Shown here in pieces: positions 9,018 to 18,593 of a DNA stretch of 64,000 nucleotides (position 1 is its first letter; each line of letters opens with the position of its first letter). Under the pieces are notes generated by a model that worked only from the letters and a program-made list of their open reading frames with translations, had not been told where the DNA came from and did no database searches. The position numbers and the translations under genes were made by a program. Source of the DNA: Nitrososphaerota archaeon (lineage in GTDB: Archaea; Thermoproteota; Nitrososphaeria_A; Caldarchaeales; Calditenuaceae); NCBI GenBank assembly GCA_033581555.1, contig JAVQSZ010000006.1, positions 32,001 through 96,000 of the forward strand, in the 5' to 3' direction.

Positions 9018-9950
9018 CTACGCGGTGCCGCCCAGGAGCGATAGAAGCCCGACGTAGAGGAACGGCAGGACCAAGGTGGCGTCGGCCTTAACGAAGGCGC
9101 TCTTGGACTTAGGCCCGACCTTGCCCCAGGTGACCGCCTCCTTCGGCCTGGCGCCGCTGAGGCTCCCGTCGTACTCGTCGGAGCTGGTGACGTAGACCGC
9201 GTAGTCGAAGCCCTCCCCTCCGAACTGGGCCCACCAGAGCGCGTGGTGCTTCGAGATCCCACCTCCGATGATCAGGGCGCCCTTCAGCCTGTTCGACCAC
9301 ATCAGGTCGTTGAGGAGGTCCTGGTCCCCGGCTACGTCGACGGTCAACCTCTTCGCCTTCCCCCTGAGCCAGAGGTTGTACCCGACCGCACCGTCGTAGA
9401 TCCCGGGTACGACCACAGGTATTCTGTTCCTCCAGGCCCAGTATAGGAAGGAGGACTCGGACCCCAGCCGCTCCCCGAGGGCCCAGCAGAGCTCATGGGT
9501 GGAGATCGACCTGCTCCCATCGAGCCCCCTCAGGAGCTCCGCGACCTCTCTCTCGATCACCTCGCCGTAGCTCCTCACTGGTATGAAGACGTTCCCAAGC
9601 CTGTGGAACCCCTCCTCCCTGAGCCTGAGGTCGTCCGCGTCGAAGGTCCCGTGAAGGTACTCGGACCTCGTCCTGGCGACGTCGTGGTCGAGTGCGCCGC
9701 ACGTCGTGACGACTAGGTCGAAGAGCCTCCTCCTCAACGCGTCTGCTACTATCCCCCTGAGGCCCGTCGCGATCAGGTTACCCGTGAACGTGAGGACCCT
9801 CAGGCAGCCCTGAGCCCTGACCATCTCCGCGAGGACCTCCAGCGCCCTGGCGAGGTTGGGGCCCATGAACCCGCCCATCTCCGACATTCCCCTCACGACC
9901 TCTAGGACCGTGGAGCTTCCATTCAACCTCAGGTCCCTGACGGCCGACAT
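9018..9950 (-). CDS. dys: Deoxyhypusine synthase
   Basis: FTGNLIATGLR, GGGISKHH, DGSLSGARPKEAVTWGK (catalytic Lys), DAT. Confidence 0.95.
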   Translation of the reverse strand: MSAVRDLRLNGSSTVLEVVRGMSEMGGFMGPNLARALEVLAEMVRAQGCLRVLTFTGNLIATGLRGIVADALRRRLFDLVVTTCGALDHDVARTRSEYLHGTFDADDLRLREEGFHRLGNVFIPVRSYGEVIEREVAELLRGLDGSRSISTHELCWALGERLGSESSFLYWAWRNRIPVVVPGIYDGAVGYNLWLRGKAKRLTVDVAGDQDLLNDLMWSNRLKGALIIGGGISKHHALWWAQFGGEGFDYAVYVTSSDEYDGSLSGARPKEAVTWGKVGPKSKSAFVKADATLVLPFLYVGLLSLLGGTA

Positions 9951-9983
9951 CGAGCTCCGTGGCTAACGGGCGCTTTTAGCGGT

Positions 9984-10259
9984 TCAGAGCTCGATCCCAA
10001 AGGCCCTCGAGATCCTCTCGAACTTCTTGAACTCCGAGAGGAACTCCGACCCCTTCTCGGTCACCGAGTAGAGCGGCCCTCCGAGGTCCCGCCTCGCCAG
10101 GAGGCCCTTGCTGCAGAGCTCGTCGACGTACCGCTGGAGCCTGTCGTAAGGCAGGTTCGCGTCCCTCATGATCGTCGTGATCCTGGCCTCGCCCTGCTCC
10201 AGGACTGAGGCGATGATGTCAGCGTAGATCCTCACCTTGGACCTGTAGTGTCTCCTCAA
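9984..10259 (-). CDS. Small winged-helix transcriptional regulator (HTH_45-like)
   Basis: RSKVRIYADII...ITTIMRDANLPY..YVDEL..GLL..YSVTEKG; TTG start overlaps upstream stop (TTGA); longer ORF-track N-terminus is out-of-frame overlap. Confidence 0.82.
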   Translation of the reverse strand: MRRHYRSKVRIYADIIASVLEQGEARITTIMRDANLPYDRLQRYVDELCSKGLLARRDLGGPLYSVTEKGSEFLSEFKKFERISRAFGIEL

Positions 10260-10879
10260 CCCCTCCCAGCCTCCAGAGTCCCCAGCGCGATCAGCGCGAG
10301 CGCGGAGAGCTGGAGGCCGTGTCCGAGCAGGTAGTACGCGATGCCCAGTGGTGTGAGGAAGAAGGCGACGTGGCTCAGCATCAGCGCCCAGAAGCCCGCA
10401 GCTATGAGGGAGGACCCAGCGCTCCGCCTGACGTACCAGTTGACCGTAGTCACCACAACGACGTAGACCAAGAGCCCAGCGGAGATCACCTCGAAGGTCG
10501 CGTTGTAGACGACGGTGATGGGCGGGACAGCCCCGAGCTCCACCCTTGCGCGGACGAGCGGGATCACGTATGCGACGATGAACAGGACGTATGCGGTCAC
10601 CCTTACGGCTGAGTAGAAGAGCTCGATTTGGTGGAGCTGGAGGAGCTGGTGGAACGGCCTCCCGAACCCCCTCTCCGAGGTGATCGCCAAGATGATAAAG
10701 AGCGACCGGGCCAGCATCGCGCCCGCCATCAGCCCGAACCCCGCTCCGAGCCACAGGAAGACGTCCGCCCTAAGCCTCAAGTGGGCCCTAATGAAGCCCG
10801 CGCTGATCGCGGCGCAGATGAAGAAGCTGATGAGCTCCAGTATCGCGTCGAGTCTGATCAGAGCGAGCGCTCCAAGCAA
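10256..10879 (-). CDS. Integral membrane protein, about 6 TM helices, unknown function
   Basis: Alternating hydrophobic segments; typical codon usage; own TATA-like element near 10905-10913. Confidence 0.7.
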   Translation of the reverse strand: MLGALALIRLDAILELISFFICAAISAGFIRAHLRLRADVFLWLGAGFGLMAGAMLARSLFIILAITSERGFGRPFHQLLQLHQIELFYSAVRVTAYVLFIVAYVIPLVRARVELGAVPPITVVYNATFEVISAGLLVYVVVVTTVNWYVRRSAGSSLIAAGFWALMLSHVAFFLTPLGIAYYLLGHGLQLSALALIALGTLEAGRG

Positions 10880-10936
10880 GCCGTTATCGATTGAGGAAAC
10901 GCAAAATATAAAATGGTTCGGTTTATCCGGGAGAAG

Positions 10937-11464
10937 TCAAGCACTTGGGGTAGCGGATTGCGTCTGAGAGGGAGCCCTAGGGACGACAGCACCCCTCCCA
11001 GGAGCCTCAGCCCTCAGGCCCGTAGTCTGGTCGTAGATGCTGACCAGCACGGTCTTGGTCCTCGTGGTCCCGTCGGGGAGGGTGACGGTGGTCCGCAGGG
11101 CCGTGACCTCGACGACGTCGTCCTTCCGGAGCCTCCCGTCGAAGACCAGCTTGACGACGCTCACGGGTCTACCGTCGACCAGAAGGGCCATCGGGTACCT
11201 GACCTGGACGTCCCCAGAGGCCGTGCTGATCGTCATCACACCGAAGTCGAGGTCCGCGAGCCTTCCGGTGATCACGACCTGTTCCTGCGTGACCGTCGCG
11301 TTCCTCCACGCCCCGCCTCCCCTCCCGTGTCCCCTCCCGTGGTGGACGAAGACCGGCTCCGAGTACCCGACCATCGCGGGGATCAGCAGACCCGCCACCA
11401 GCAGCGTCGCCAGCACGCCGATCGCGACCCCTGCCACGAGCAGTCTCCTGCTCATCACCGACAC
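10937..11464 (-). CDS. Exported or membrane-anchored hypothetical protein with His/Gly-rich linker and beta-rich domain
   Basis: RR plus hydrophobic N-terminal segment, HHGRGHGRGGG, then OB-fold-like beta strands. Confidence 0.6.
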   Translation of the reverse strand: MSVMSRRLLVAGVAIGVLATLLVAGLLIPAMVGYSEPVFVHHGRGHGRGGGAWRNATVTQEQVVITGRLADLDFGVMTISTASGDVQVRYPMALLVDGRPVSVVKLVFDGRLRKDDVVEVTALRTTVTLPDGTTRTKTVLVSIYDQTTGLRAEAPGRGAVVPRAPSQTQSATPSA

Positions 11465-11512
11465 GACGCCGGACTGGTTATATAGCGCTGATGTACGATG
11501 CGTCTACGAGCC

Positions 11513-12673
11513 TCAGGCGTACTCCTTCCTCAGCTCCTCCGCGGCCCTCACCATCGATTTCAGCTTCCTGTACGCGACAGGAGCCCTGTTCACGGGCGAC
11601 TCGGCGAACGTCCCGAAGCCGCAGTCGGGGTTGAGGTAGACCCTCTCGGGGTCGAAGTAGTTCAGGGCCTCCCGGACTCTGGACTTGATGAACTCGGTGG
11701 GCTCGACGTCGTCGGTCCTCGGGTTGATCACCCCGAGCCCCAGCTCCCTGATCCCTGAGGCGTCAGCGAAGACCCTCACCTCCCCGGCCCTCGAGGTGGC
11801 GAACTCCAGCACGAACTGGTCGACCTTCATCTCCTGGAAATACGGGATGAGCGGCGAGTAGTCCCCAGAGAGGAGCGAGTCCTCTGACCTCGTCCAGTTT
11901 CCCCTGCAGACGTGGACGCCGACCTTCACGCCGGTCACGCCCTTCACGGTCCTGTTGATCAGCTCGGTCGCGAACTCCAGCTCCTCCCTCGGGTCGACCT
12001 TGCTCATGATCGCGGCGCACATGAACGTCTGCTGGGAGGCCTCCCCGTAGACGACCTCCATCAGCGTGGGCTCGTCGAGTTGGACGAAGTGCGCTCCCGC
12101 CTCCGCGAGCCTGATCATCTCCTCCCTGAGGAGCCTCACGTACTCGGTCGCGAGGTCCTCCCTCGACCAGTAGGCGTTCCTGCTTAGCGGCTCGACCCAG
12201 CTGGCCCTCGTCAGCATATAGGGCCCTGGGAGCGGGACCTTGATCCTCCTGCGGGTGTGCTCCCTGAGGAACTCGAGCTCGTCGAGCGCCAGGGGCCTCC
12301 TCTTCCTGATGGGCCCCACTACGACCGGGCTCTTGATCGAGAAGGCCGGGACGTCGAGCCTGCTCAGGACCTCCTCGAACCTCCTCTTGTCCTGGACGTA
12401 GTCCATCAGCTCCGCGACCGACATGAGCCTGACGCCCTCCAACTTGTCGGCCACGAAGGAGTAGAAGTTGTCACGCCGCTGCTCCCCGTCGGTCACCACG
12501 TCTATCCCTGCGTCCTCTTGGTACTTCACGGCCAGGAGCACCGCCTCGTCTGCGGCCTCGCTGAACTGCTCGTAAGTCATCTCGCCCCTGTTCTTCCTCC
12601 TCAGCTCCGAGAGGAGCCAGTTGGGCCTCGGCCAGCTCCCCACGACGGTGGTCACGAAGGTCTCTCTCGGCAT
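11513..12673 (-). CDS. Cobalamin-independent methionine synthase II family protein (single barrel)
   Basis: VGSWPRP, TDGEQRR, QLDEP, Zn ligands HVC, E, PDCGF. Confidence 0.88.
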   Translation of the reverse strand: MPRETFVTTVVGSWPRPNWLLSELRRKNRGEMTYEQFSEAADEAVLLAVKYQEDAGIDVVTDGEQRRDNFYSFVADKLEGVRLMSVAELMDYVQDKRRFEEVLSRLDVPAFSIKSPVVVGPIRKRRPLALDELEFLREHTRRRIKVPLPGPYMLTRASWVEPLSRNAYWSREDLATEYVRLLREEMIRLAEAGAHFVQLDEPTLMEVVYGEASQQTFMCAAIMSKVDPREELEFATELINRTVKGVTGVKVGVHVCRGNWTRSEDSLLSGDYSPLIPYFQEMKVDQFVLEFATSRAGEVRVFADASGIRELGLGVINPRTDDVEPTEFIKSRVREALNYFDPERVYLNPDCGFGTFAESPVNRAPVAYRKLKSMVRAAEELRKEYA

Positions 12674-12728
12674 CGGCGAGAGAGGTCCGCGAGACGCCTA
12701 AAGCCTTTGCGCGGAGTCGGGACCCCCG

Positions 12729-13481
12729 TCAGAGGAAGGCCTTCACCCGCAGGTCGTTCGGGTCGAGGGCCCTGATCAGCTCCTTCTCCTCCCTGGAGGG
12801 AGGTCTGGTGACGCGGTCGTCCTGGAAGAGGAGCTCGAAGCCGGTGTTCGAGGCTACGAGTTCTCTGTCGGCCCAGGGGTGACGGGCCTCCAGCTCCCAG
12901 ATCGACCTCTCCCTGTTGTATTTGAGCACGCAGAGGTTGGTGAAGAGGTAGACCTCGTTGGTGGAGTGCCTCGCGGTCGCGGTGACGAAGTCGACCCTCT
13001 TGACGAGGTCCCTCGTGGTGTGCCTAGTCCTCCAGAAGTAGACCCTCTTGACTAACGGGACGATGAACGCCGAGGCTGCGCCTCCCGGGAGCCTGACCTT
13101 CGGACGCCGATAGCTCCCTATCACCGAGAGGTTGATGTTGGTCTCCGCGTCGATCTGGACCGGCCCGAGGAACATCACGTCGATCAACCCCTTCTGGACG
13201 AGGTCGAAGGTCTCGACCATGGGGATGACCGTCGCGTCCTCCGCGAGCGCGGGATCACCAGTCGAGGGCCTGAGCTTGACCCTCTCGAGGTCCGGGTCGT
13301 AGGCCTCCGCGACCGTGTAGAGGCTAACCCTCTTCCCGTGGACGACCTTCGCGACCGCGATCGCTAGAAGCGGGACGTGGGAGTTGAGCCCGGTGACGAC
13401 CCTGAACCCGTCTGCCAGCCGATCGGCGATGGTCACGATCAAGTGGTCGGCGACTTCCCTAGGGTCCTGCTGAACGGACAC
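12729..13481 (-). CDS. Family I CoA-transferase beta subunit (GctB-like)
   Basis: DVMFLGPVQID..NINLSVIG..PKVRLPGG, VDFVT, IRALDP. Confidence 0.8.
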   Translation of the reverse strand: MSVQQDPREVADHLIVTIADRLADGFRVVTGLNSHVPLLAIAVAKVVHGKRVSLYTVAEAYDPDLERVKLRPSTGDPALAEDATVIPMVETFDLVQKGLIDVMFLGPVQIDAETNINLSVIGSYRRPKVRLPGGAASAFIVPLVKRVYFWRTRHTTRDLVKRVDFVTATARHSTNEVYLFTNLCVLKYNRERSIWELEARHPWADRELVASNTGFELLFQDDRVTRPPSREEKELIRALDPNDLRVKAFL

Positions 13482-13532
13482 GCTTCAGGGAGCGATCGCA
13501 CCCAGATTAATCTACTCCGCGACGGCCGCTGA

Positions 13533-14315
13533 TCAGCACCCCCAGCCCGGCTTGACGGTTCCCCCGGGCAGCTCGGCGACCTTCTGGGCCTCGAGGAGGT
13601 CCAGGCCCATCGACCTGAGCGCGTTGACCCTCCTCAGGTGGAACTCCTCTTGGACGGAGCTGAGCCTGCCCGACCCGAGCTCGACGGAGTCCTCTGACGT
13701 CCCCCCTCCCAGCAGGACCGAAGCGGCCCTGTCCGCGTCCCCGTCGACCAGGAACCACCGCTCGAGGAGAGGCCTCAGGCCCTGAAGCGCGCCGAAGAGG
13801 CCGGACGTAGCCGACCCGACCAGCGACTTGCCGACCGACCCGACGAGCGCCTCGAACGACTCGGACTCCTCCTTCGCGACCCTCCTGAGGGCCTCTGACT
13901 TCACCCCCGACTCGATCAGGACCTCGGAGCACATGAGGGACGCGAGCTTCGCGAAGGCTAGCAGGACGACCGAAGCCGCTCCGCCCTCGACCTGCCAGGG
14001 GCCTCCGAATCCTCCGACCTGAGCCTTAAGGCCCTCCGGGCCGACGAATCGGACGAGCTCCACCGCGTGCCTGGCGTCGAGCTCCGCGAGCTCCCTCTGC
14101 CCCAGGACCATCGCGAGGACGACCTCGTGGGACTCGACTAGCGCCTGACGAGCGATCAGGTACAACGCCGGTTCCCTCAGATCGTCGGGGACGACCAGGT
14201 CCGGCGATGAAGGTCCGACTAGGACTCCGGGGACCTCGAGCTCCTCGAGCGAATGGGCTGTCTGACCTCGGACGACGAGGCCACACCGCGAGAGCAGCTC
14301 GGCCAGAGCCGCCAC
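13533..14315 (-). CDS. Hypothetical helical protein
   Basis: 260-aa ORF filling the gap, genome-typical codons; no firm motif. Confidence 0.5.
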   Translation of the reverse strand: MAALAELLSRCGLVVRGQTAHSLEELEVPGVLVGPSSPDLVVPDDLREPALYLIARQALVESHEVVLAMVLGQRELAELDARHAVELVRFVGPEGLKAQVGGFGGPWQVEGGAASVVLLAFAKLASLMCSEVLIESGVKSEALRRVAKEESESFEALVGSVGKSLVGSATSGLFGALQGLRPLLERWFLVDGDADRAASVLLGGGTSEDSVELGSGRLSSVQEEFHLRRVNALRSMGLDLLEAQKVAELPGGTVKPGWGC

Positions 14316-14361
14316 GGACGTTCAACGCCTGGAACCTATTTGTGCGTATCCCGGGGCCGCG

Positions 14362-15003
14362 TCAGGACCTCTGGACCCTGAGGTACCTCGACTCGATGGC
14401 CCTGCTCTGGGCTAAGACCGTCGGCGTGGGCGCCAGCCTCACCGCGCTCTTTAAGAGCTCGGAGACCTTGGACCTCAGCTCTTCAGCCCTCTCCCGCTCG
14501 CCGAGACCCTCGTAGACCTGGATCCTCGAGGCGTGGACAGCGGCCTCGAGCAGGGCCGCGTGACCCCTCGAGTAAGGCCTCAGCAGGGACCCCAGGACCG
14601 AGACGCGGACCGGCCTGGAGCGGACGTGGAACCAGTCCCTGTCCTCGGAGACCTCCGCGACGGAGCACTCGATCACTGCCGCTGCGCCCCGGAGCCTCGG
14701 AGCGTCGACCGACTCAGCGGCCTCGAACTCCATCCCCAAGACGCCCAGGTCCAGTGCGGCCTCCACGACGACCTCCGGGTGGACGAGGTTCAGGGCGAAG
14801 CACCCTCTCGCGAGGACGTTTGCGGCGGTCCTGCTGGACCTCGCGAGCTTCGAGGCCGCCTGGAGCCCTCCAGAGTCCCTGAGGAACTTGCAGCCCATCG
14901 CGGACGCGTGCGGCGTGCCGTCGGGGGAGAAGGTCGTGCAGACGAACTCGTAGACGACGCCCTCCTCGATCCCGAGGGCCGCTAGCAGGTCCTCCGTCCC
15001 CAC
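14362..15003 (-). CDS. DUF447 family protein (flavin-reductase-like split barrel)
   Basis: YEFVCTTFSPDGTPHASAMG, SRTAANV, RGHAALLEAAVHASR; start set at GTG 15003. Confidence 0.8.
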   Translation of the reverse strand: MGTEDLLAALGIEEGVVYEFVCTTFSPDGTPHASAMGCKFLRDSGGLQAASKLARSSRTAANVLARGCFALNLVHPEVVVEAALDLGVLGMEFEAAESVDAPRLRGAAAVIECSVAEVSEDRDWFHVRSRPVRVSVLGSLLRPYSRGHAALLEAAVHASRIQVYEGLGERERAEELRSKVSELLKSAVRLAPTPTVLAQSRAIESRYLRVQRS

Positions 15004-15084
15004 GCGCTGAAGCTCCGGGCCCCGTCTATCTAGGGTTGCCGAGATCCCGAGGGTTGATATTCGCCGCGGAGCGACCGGGTGCGG

Positions 15085-16047
15085 ATGGAGGTCGCGATCT
15101 CCGCGAGAGGGCTCGTGAAGACGTACAGGGAGGGAGGGCTGCTGAGGAGGGGCATGGAGGTCAGGGCGCTGGACGGCCTCTCCTTCGAGGTCCGGTACGG
15201 AACGGTCTTCGGGCTGCTGGGGCCCAACGGCGCCGGCAAGACCACCACGGTCAGAATAGTCAGCACGCTCGTCCTCCCTGACGAGGGCGAGGTCACGGTC
15301 GCGGGGCACGACGCGATCAGGGAACCGAGGAGGGTGAGGGAGAGGATAGGCGTGGTCTTGGACCCCGACAAGGGCCACTTCCTCAGGCTGACGGCGCTCG
15401 AGAACCTCACGTTCTACGGGATGCTCCAGGGCCTCTCGAGGTCCGAGGCGAGGTCCAGGGGCCTGACGCTCCTGAGGGAGATGGAGCTCGAGGGCTCCGG
15501 TGACAGGCTGGTCGAGGGCTTCTCGAAGGGCATGAGGGCAAGGCTAGCGATCTGCAGGGCCCTGATCCACGACCCGGAGGTCCTGATCTTCGACGAGCCC
15601 ACGAGCGGGCTGGACCCGATCTCCGCGAGGGAGGTGAGGTCGATGTTGAGGAGGCTGGGGAGGGAGGGGAAGGCGGTGCTGGTCACCTCGCACAACCTCT
15701 GGGAGGTGGAACAGGTCTGCGACGAGGTCGCGGTCATCAACAAGGGGAGGCTGGTCGCGCTCGGGCCCCCTGCGGAGGTGAAGAGGGCCTTCGGGCTGAA
15801 GTGGTACGTGGAGCTGGAGGTGGAGGGGAACCTTGACCTCGACGGGCTCCCCTGGCAGGTCGAGGCCTCGGTGAGCGAGAGGGGGATCTCGGTCCTGAAG
15901 ATCGCCGTCGACGCTGACCCGGCCGAGCTGATACCCTCGATCGTCTCGGAGCTGAGGAGCAGGTCGGTAGTGGTTCGCTCCGTGACCGTCAGGGAGCCGA
16001 CGCTGGAGGAGGCCTTCGTGAGGGCGGTGGGGAGTGCGAGCGGCTAG
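15085..16047 (+). CDS. ABC exporter ATP-binding subunit (DrrA-like)
   Basis: GPNGAGKTT, FSKGM signature, IFDEPT, H-loop. Confidence 0.93.
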   Translation: MEVAISARGLVKTYREGGLLRRGMEVRALDGLSFEVRYGTVFGLLGPNGAGKTTTVRIVSTLVLPDEGEVTVAGHDAIREPRRVRERIGVVLDPDKGHFLRLTALENLTFYGMLQGLSRSEARSRGLTLLREMELEGSGDRLVEGFSKGMRARLAICRALIHDPEVLIFDEPTSGLDPISAREVRSMLRRLGREGKAVLVTSHNLWEVEQVCDEVAVINKGRLVALGPPAEVKRAFGLKWYVELEVEGNLDLDGLPWQVEASVSERGISVLKIAVDADPAELIPSIVSELRSRSVVVRSVTVREPTLEEAFVRAVGSASG

Positions 16048-16846
16048 GGCCCTCGGGCCCTTCCTCGCTGTCGTGGAGGCCGACTTGAAGACGATGACGA
16101 GGTCCGGGGAGCTCCCGCTGACGCTCCTGGTCATGGGGTCGTTTCAGGCGCTCTTCTTCGCGATCGGGTCTGCCCTGAGGAGGGAGGAGCAGGAGTTCGC
16201 GCGGCTCGCCGGCTACGGCGACTCGGTCCTCTACCAGGTCGCGGGGATGCCGATCCTCTTCCTGAGCATAGGGATGAGCTGGGCGATAGGTCAGTTCGTG
16301 ATCGAGCTGGGAAGGGGCGGAAAGCTCGAGCAGCTCCAGACTACCTACGCGGACTTCAGGGTCGTCGTGGCGGGAAGGTTCGTCATCATGACCCTGATGT
16401 CGCTCTTCTACTATGTAGCGGTCACCGTGCCTTTCATCCAGTTCAGGGCACCTGACGCGCTCCCTCGCTTCCTGCCCGCGATGCTGGTCCTGGTCCTGGG
16501 ACTGGTCCCGATCTTCCTCTTCGCGGTGGTGGTCTCAGTGATCGTGCTCCTCCTGAGGACCGAGGCTCTGATAGACCTGGTCTCCTCGATCGTCTACACC
16601 TTCACGGGCGTCGCCTACCCGATCACCGTGTTCCCCGCGGTCGTCCAGGCCCTGGCATCGCTGCTGCCCCAGACCCACGTCGCCGAGGTCGTGAGGGGGG
16701 TGGTCCTCCTGGGGATTCAGGAGCCCTCGAGGCTGTTGCCGTTCGCGGCGGTCTTGCTGGCCTACAGCGTCTTCTCCTATCTCCTCTACAGCAGGCTCGA
16801 GCGGAGCGTGAGGAGGGGTGGAAGGTATGAGGTCGTTACCGAGTGA
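16034..16846 (+). CDS. ABC-2 type permease
   Basis: About 6 TM helices, TGVAYPITVFP..LLPQTH motif. Confidence 0.82.
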   Translation: MRAARALGPFLAVVEADLKTMTRSGELPLTLLVMGSFQALFFAIGSALRREEQEFARLAGYGDSVLYQVAGMPILFLSIGMSWAIGQFVIELGRGGKLEQLQTTYADFRVVVAGRFVIMTLMSLFYYVAVTVPFIQFRAPDALPRFLPAMLVLVLGLVPIFLFAVVVSVIVLLLRTEALIDLVSSIVYTFTGVAYPITVFPAVVQALASLLPQTHVAEVVRGVVLLGIQEPSRLLPFAAVLLAYSVFSYLLYSRLERSVRRGGRYEVVTE

Positions 16847-17612
16847 GCTGAGGGCCTTCCTCTGGGCCTTCTCGATGACCAACAGGAGGTCGACGTGGAT
16901 GCTCGTCGGGATGGTCTCGTCTCCCGTCTGGGCGATCGGGATAGGCCTGACCTTCGCAATCCACTCGCCCTCCGTGATCTCCGACGGCTCCCAGGCCAGG
17001 GCCCTGGCGCTCGGCGCTGGCTACTTCGTCGTCGCCTCCACCGTTCTCTGGAACGTCGGCAGCTTCCTGGTCCAGGCGAGGGACGAGGGGACGCTCCACG
17101 CCTGCGTCCTCTCCAACGGCCGCCTCCCGGTCATGATGCTGTCCAGGGGATTGGTCTCCGCGCTCTTCACGGCTCCCGCGATGTCCGCGTCCTACGCTGC
17201 GATGTCGACGCTCCTAGGTTTCCCTCCGTCAACGGTCGACCCGATCGGGGCCCTCGCGGCGTTCCTCATGCTCCACCTGGCTCTAGTGGCGCTCTCGATG
17301 GCGGTCGGCGCGGTCTTCCTCAGGATCAGGCACGCGTGGGTCGTGATCAACGCGCTCCAGTTCGTCCTCCCGGCGACCTCCGGCATGATACCTCCGGAGC
17401 TCTTCCCCGAACAGTTCAGGTCCGTGGTCTCCCTCTCGCCCTTCGCCCACCCCTTCGAGGCCCTCAGGAGGTCCGTCGTGGGGACCGCTGCCCTCCCGCT
17501 GACCGGAGCGGAGCTCGTCCTGACCTCATCGGCCTCCGTCGCCTCGCTGCTCGCGCTGGGGCTACTGACGCTCGCGTTGACCGAGTGGTCCCTGAGGAGG
17601 AGGGCCTTGTGA
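16818..17612 (+). CDS. ABC-2 type permease
   Basis: RDEGTL, SGMIPPELFP..SPFAHPFEALR; follows first permease. Confidence 0.82.
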   Translation: MEGMRSLPSELRAFLWAFSMTNRRSTWMLVGMVSSPVWAIGIGLTFAIHSPSVISDGSQARALALGAGYFVVASTVLWNVGSFLVQARDEGTLHACVLSNGRLPVMMLSRGLVSALFTAPAMSASYAAMSTLLGFPPSTVDPIGALAAFLMLHLALVALSMAVGAVFLRIRHAWVVINALQFVLPATSGMIPPELFPEQFRSVVSLSPFAHPFEALRRSVVGTAALPLTGAELVLTSSASVASLLALGLLTLALTEWSLRRRAL

Positions 17613-17671
17613 GAGTCAACCGCGTCCGGGCTCACGGGAAAGACAAATAGGGCAAGTAGCGGTCGACCTGC

Positions 17672-18571
17672 GTGGTCGGCCTCGCGTCCTTCGAGGGCGT
17701 GATAGCGGCAGCGTTGACGCCGTCTAGGGGTTATCTCGACAGACTCCCGGAGTACTACGAATTCCTCAGGAGGGCCGGCGTCAGGGGGTTCTTCGTCCTG
17801 GGGACGTGGGGAGAAGGCCCGAGGCACGGCGTCGAGCACCGGATGAGGGTCGCGGAGAAGGCGGTCGAGTCAATCAGGTCCGGAGAGCTCGCGATCGTCC
17901 ACGTGGGGTCCTCCGACATGGACACGGTCACGGCGCTCCTCAGGCACGCGAACGACATAGGAGCCTCCGCAGCGGCCGCGATAGCGCCCTTCTACTACAG
18001 GCCCGACGCCGAGACCCTGACGAGGTACTACCGGAGGCTCGCGGAGACCTCGGGGATACCGGTGCTCCTCTACAACATCCCCTCGAGGCAGGGCTACTCC
18101 GTAGCGCCGGGGACGTTGGCCTCGATCCTGGAAGAGGTCGGGAACGTCCAGGGCATCAAGGACAGCAGCGGCGACCCGGCGATCGCGGTCTCCCTCGTGA
18201 GGAGGTTCAGGGGGAGGAGGATGGTCGCGATCGGTGCCGACGAGCTGATGTACTTCGCGTTCGTCATCGGTGCGAGGTGCGTCGTCAGCGGGATCTCCTC
18301 GGTCTTCCCCGAGCTCGCGGTCGAGCTGCACGGCGCTGTGAAGCGGGGCGACGCGGCGAAGGCCCTTGAGCTCCAGGAGCTGATCAACGAGGCCTCGAAC
18401 CTCCTCGAATCGGGTCTCGAGATGGAGACGCAGAGGTCCGCGCTCAGGCTCAGGGGGATCGACATAGGGCCGTCTCCGGAGCCGGTGAGGCCGCTGAGGG
18501 AGGAGGAGCTCTCGAGGCTTAGGGCCGGAGTCGAATCGATACTGGAGAGGGTCGGCCGCGACCCATTTTAG
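17672..18571 (+). CDS. DHDPS/KDG-aldolase/N-acetylneuraminate lyase family protein
   Basis: GTWGE, PFYY, YNIP, GIKDS Schiff-base Lys. Confidence 0.88.
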   Translation: MVGLASFEGVIAAALTPSRGYLDRLPEYYEFLRRAGVRGFFVLGTWGEGPRHGVEHRMRVAEKAVESIRSGELAIVHVGSSDMDTVTALLRHANDIGASAAAAIAPFYYRPDAETLTRYYRRLAETSGIPVLLYNIPSRQGYSVAPGTLASILEEVGNVQGIKDSSGDPAIAVSLVRRFRGRRMVAIGADELMYFAFVIGARCVVSGISSVFPELAVELHGAVKRGDAAKALELQELINEASNLLESGLEMETQRSALRLRGIDIGPSPEPVRPLREEELSRLRAGVESILERVGRDPF

Positions 18572-18593
18572 CAGGCCCGAGGGCCTGGACGGC

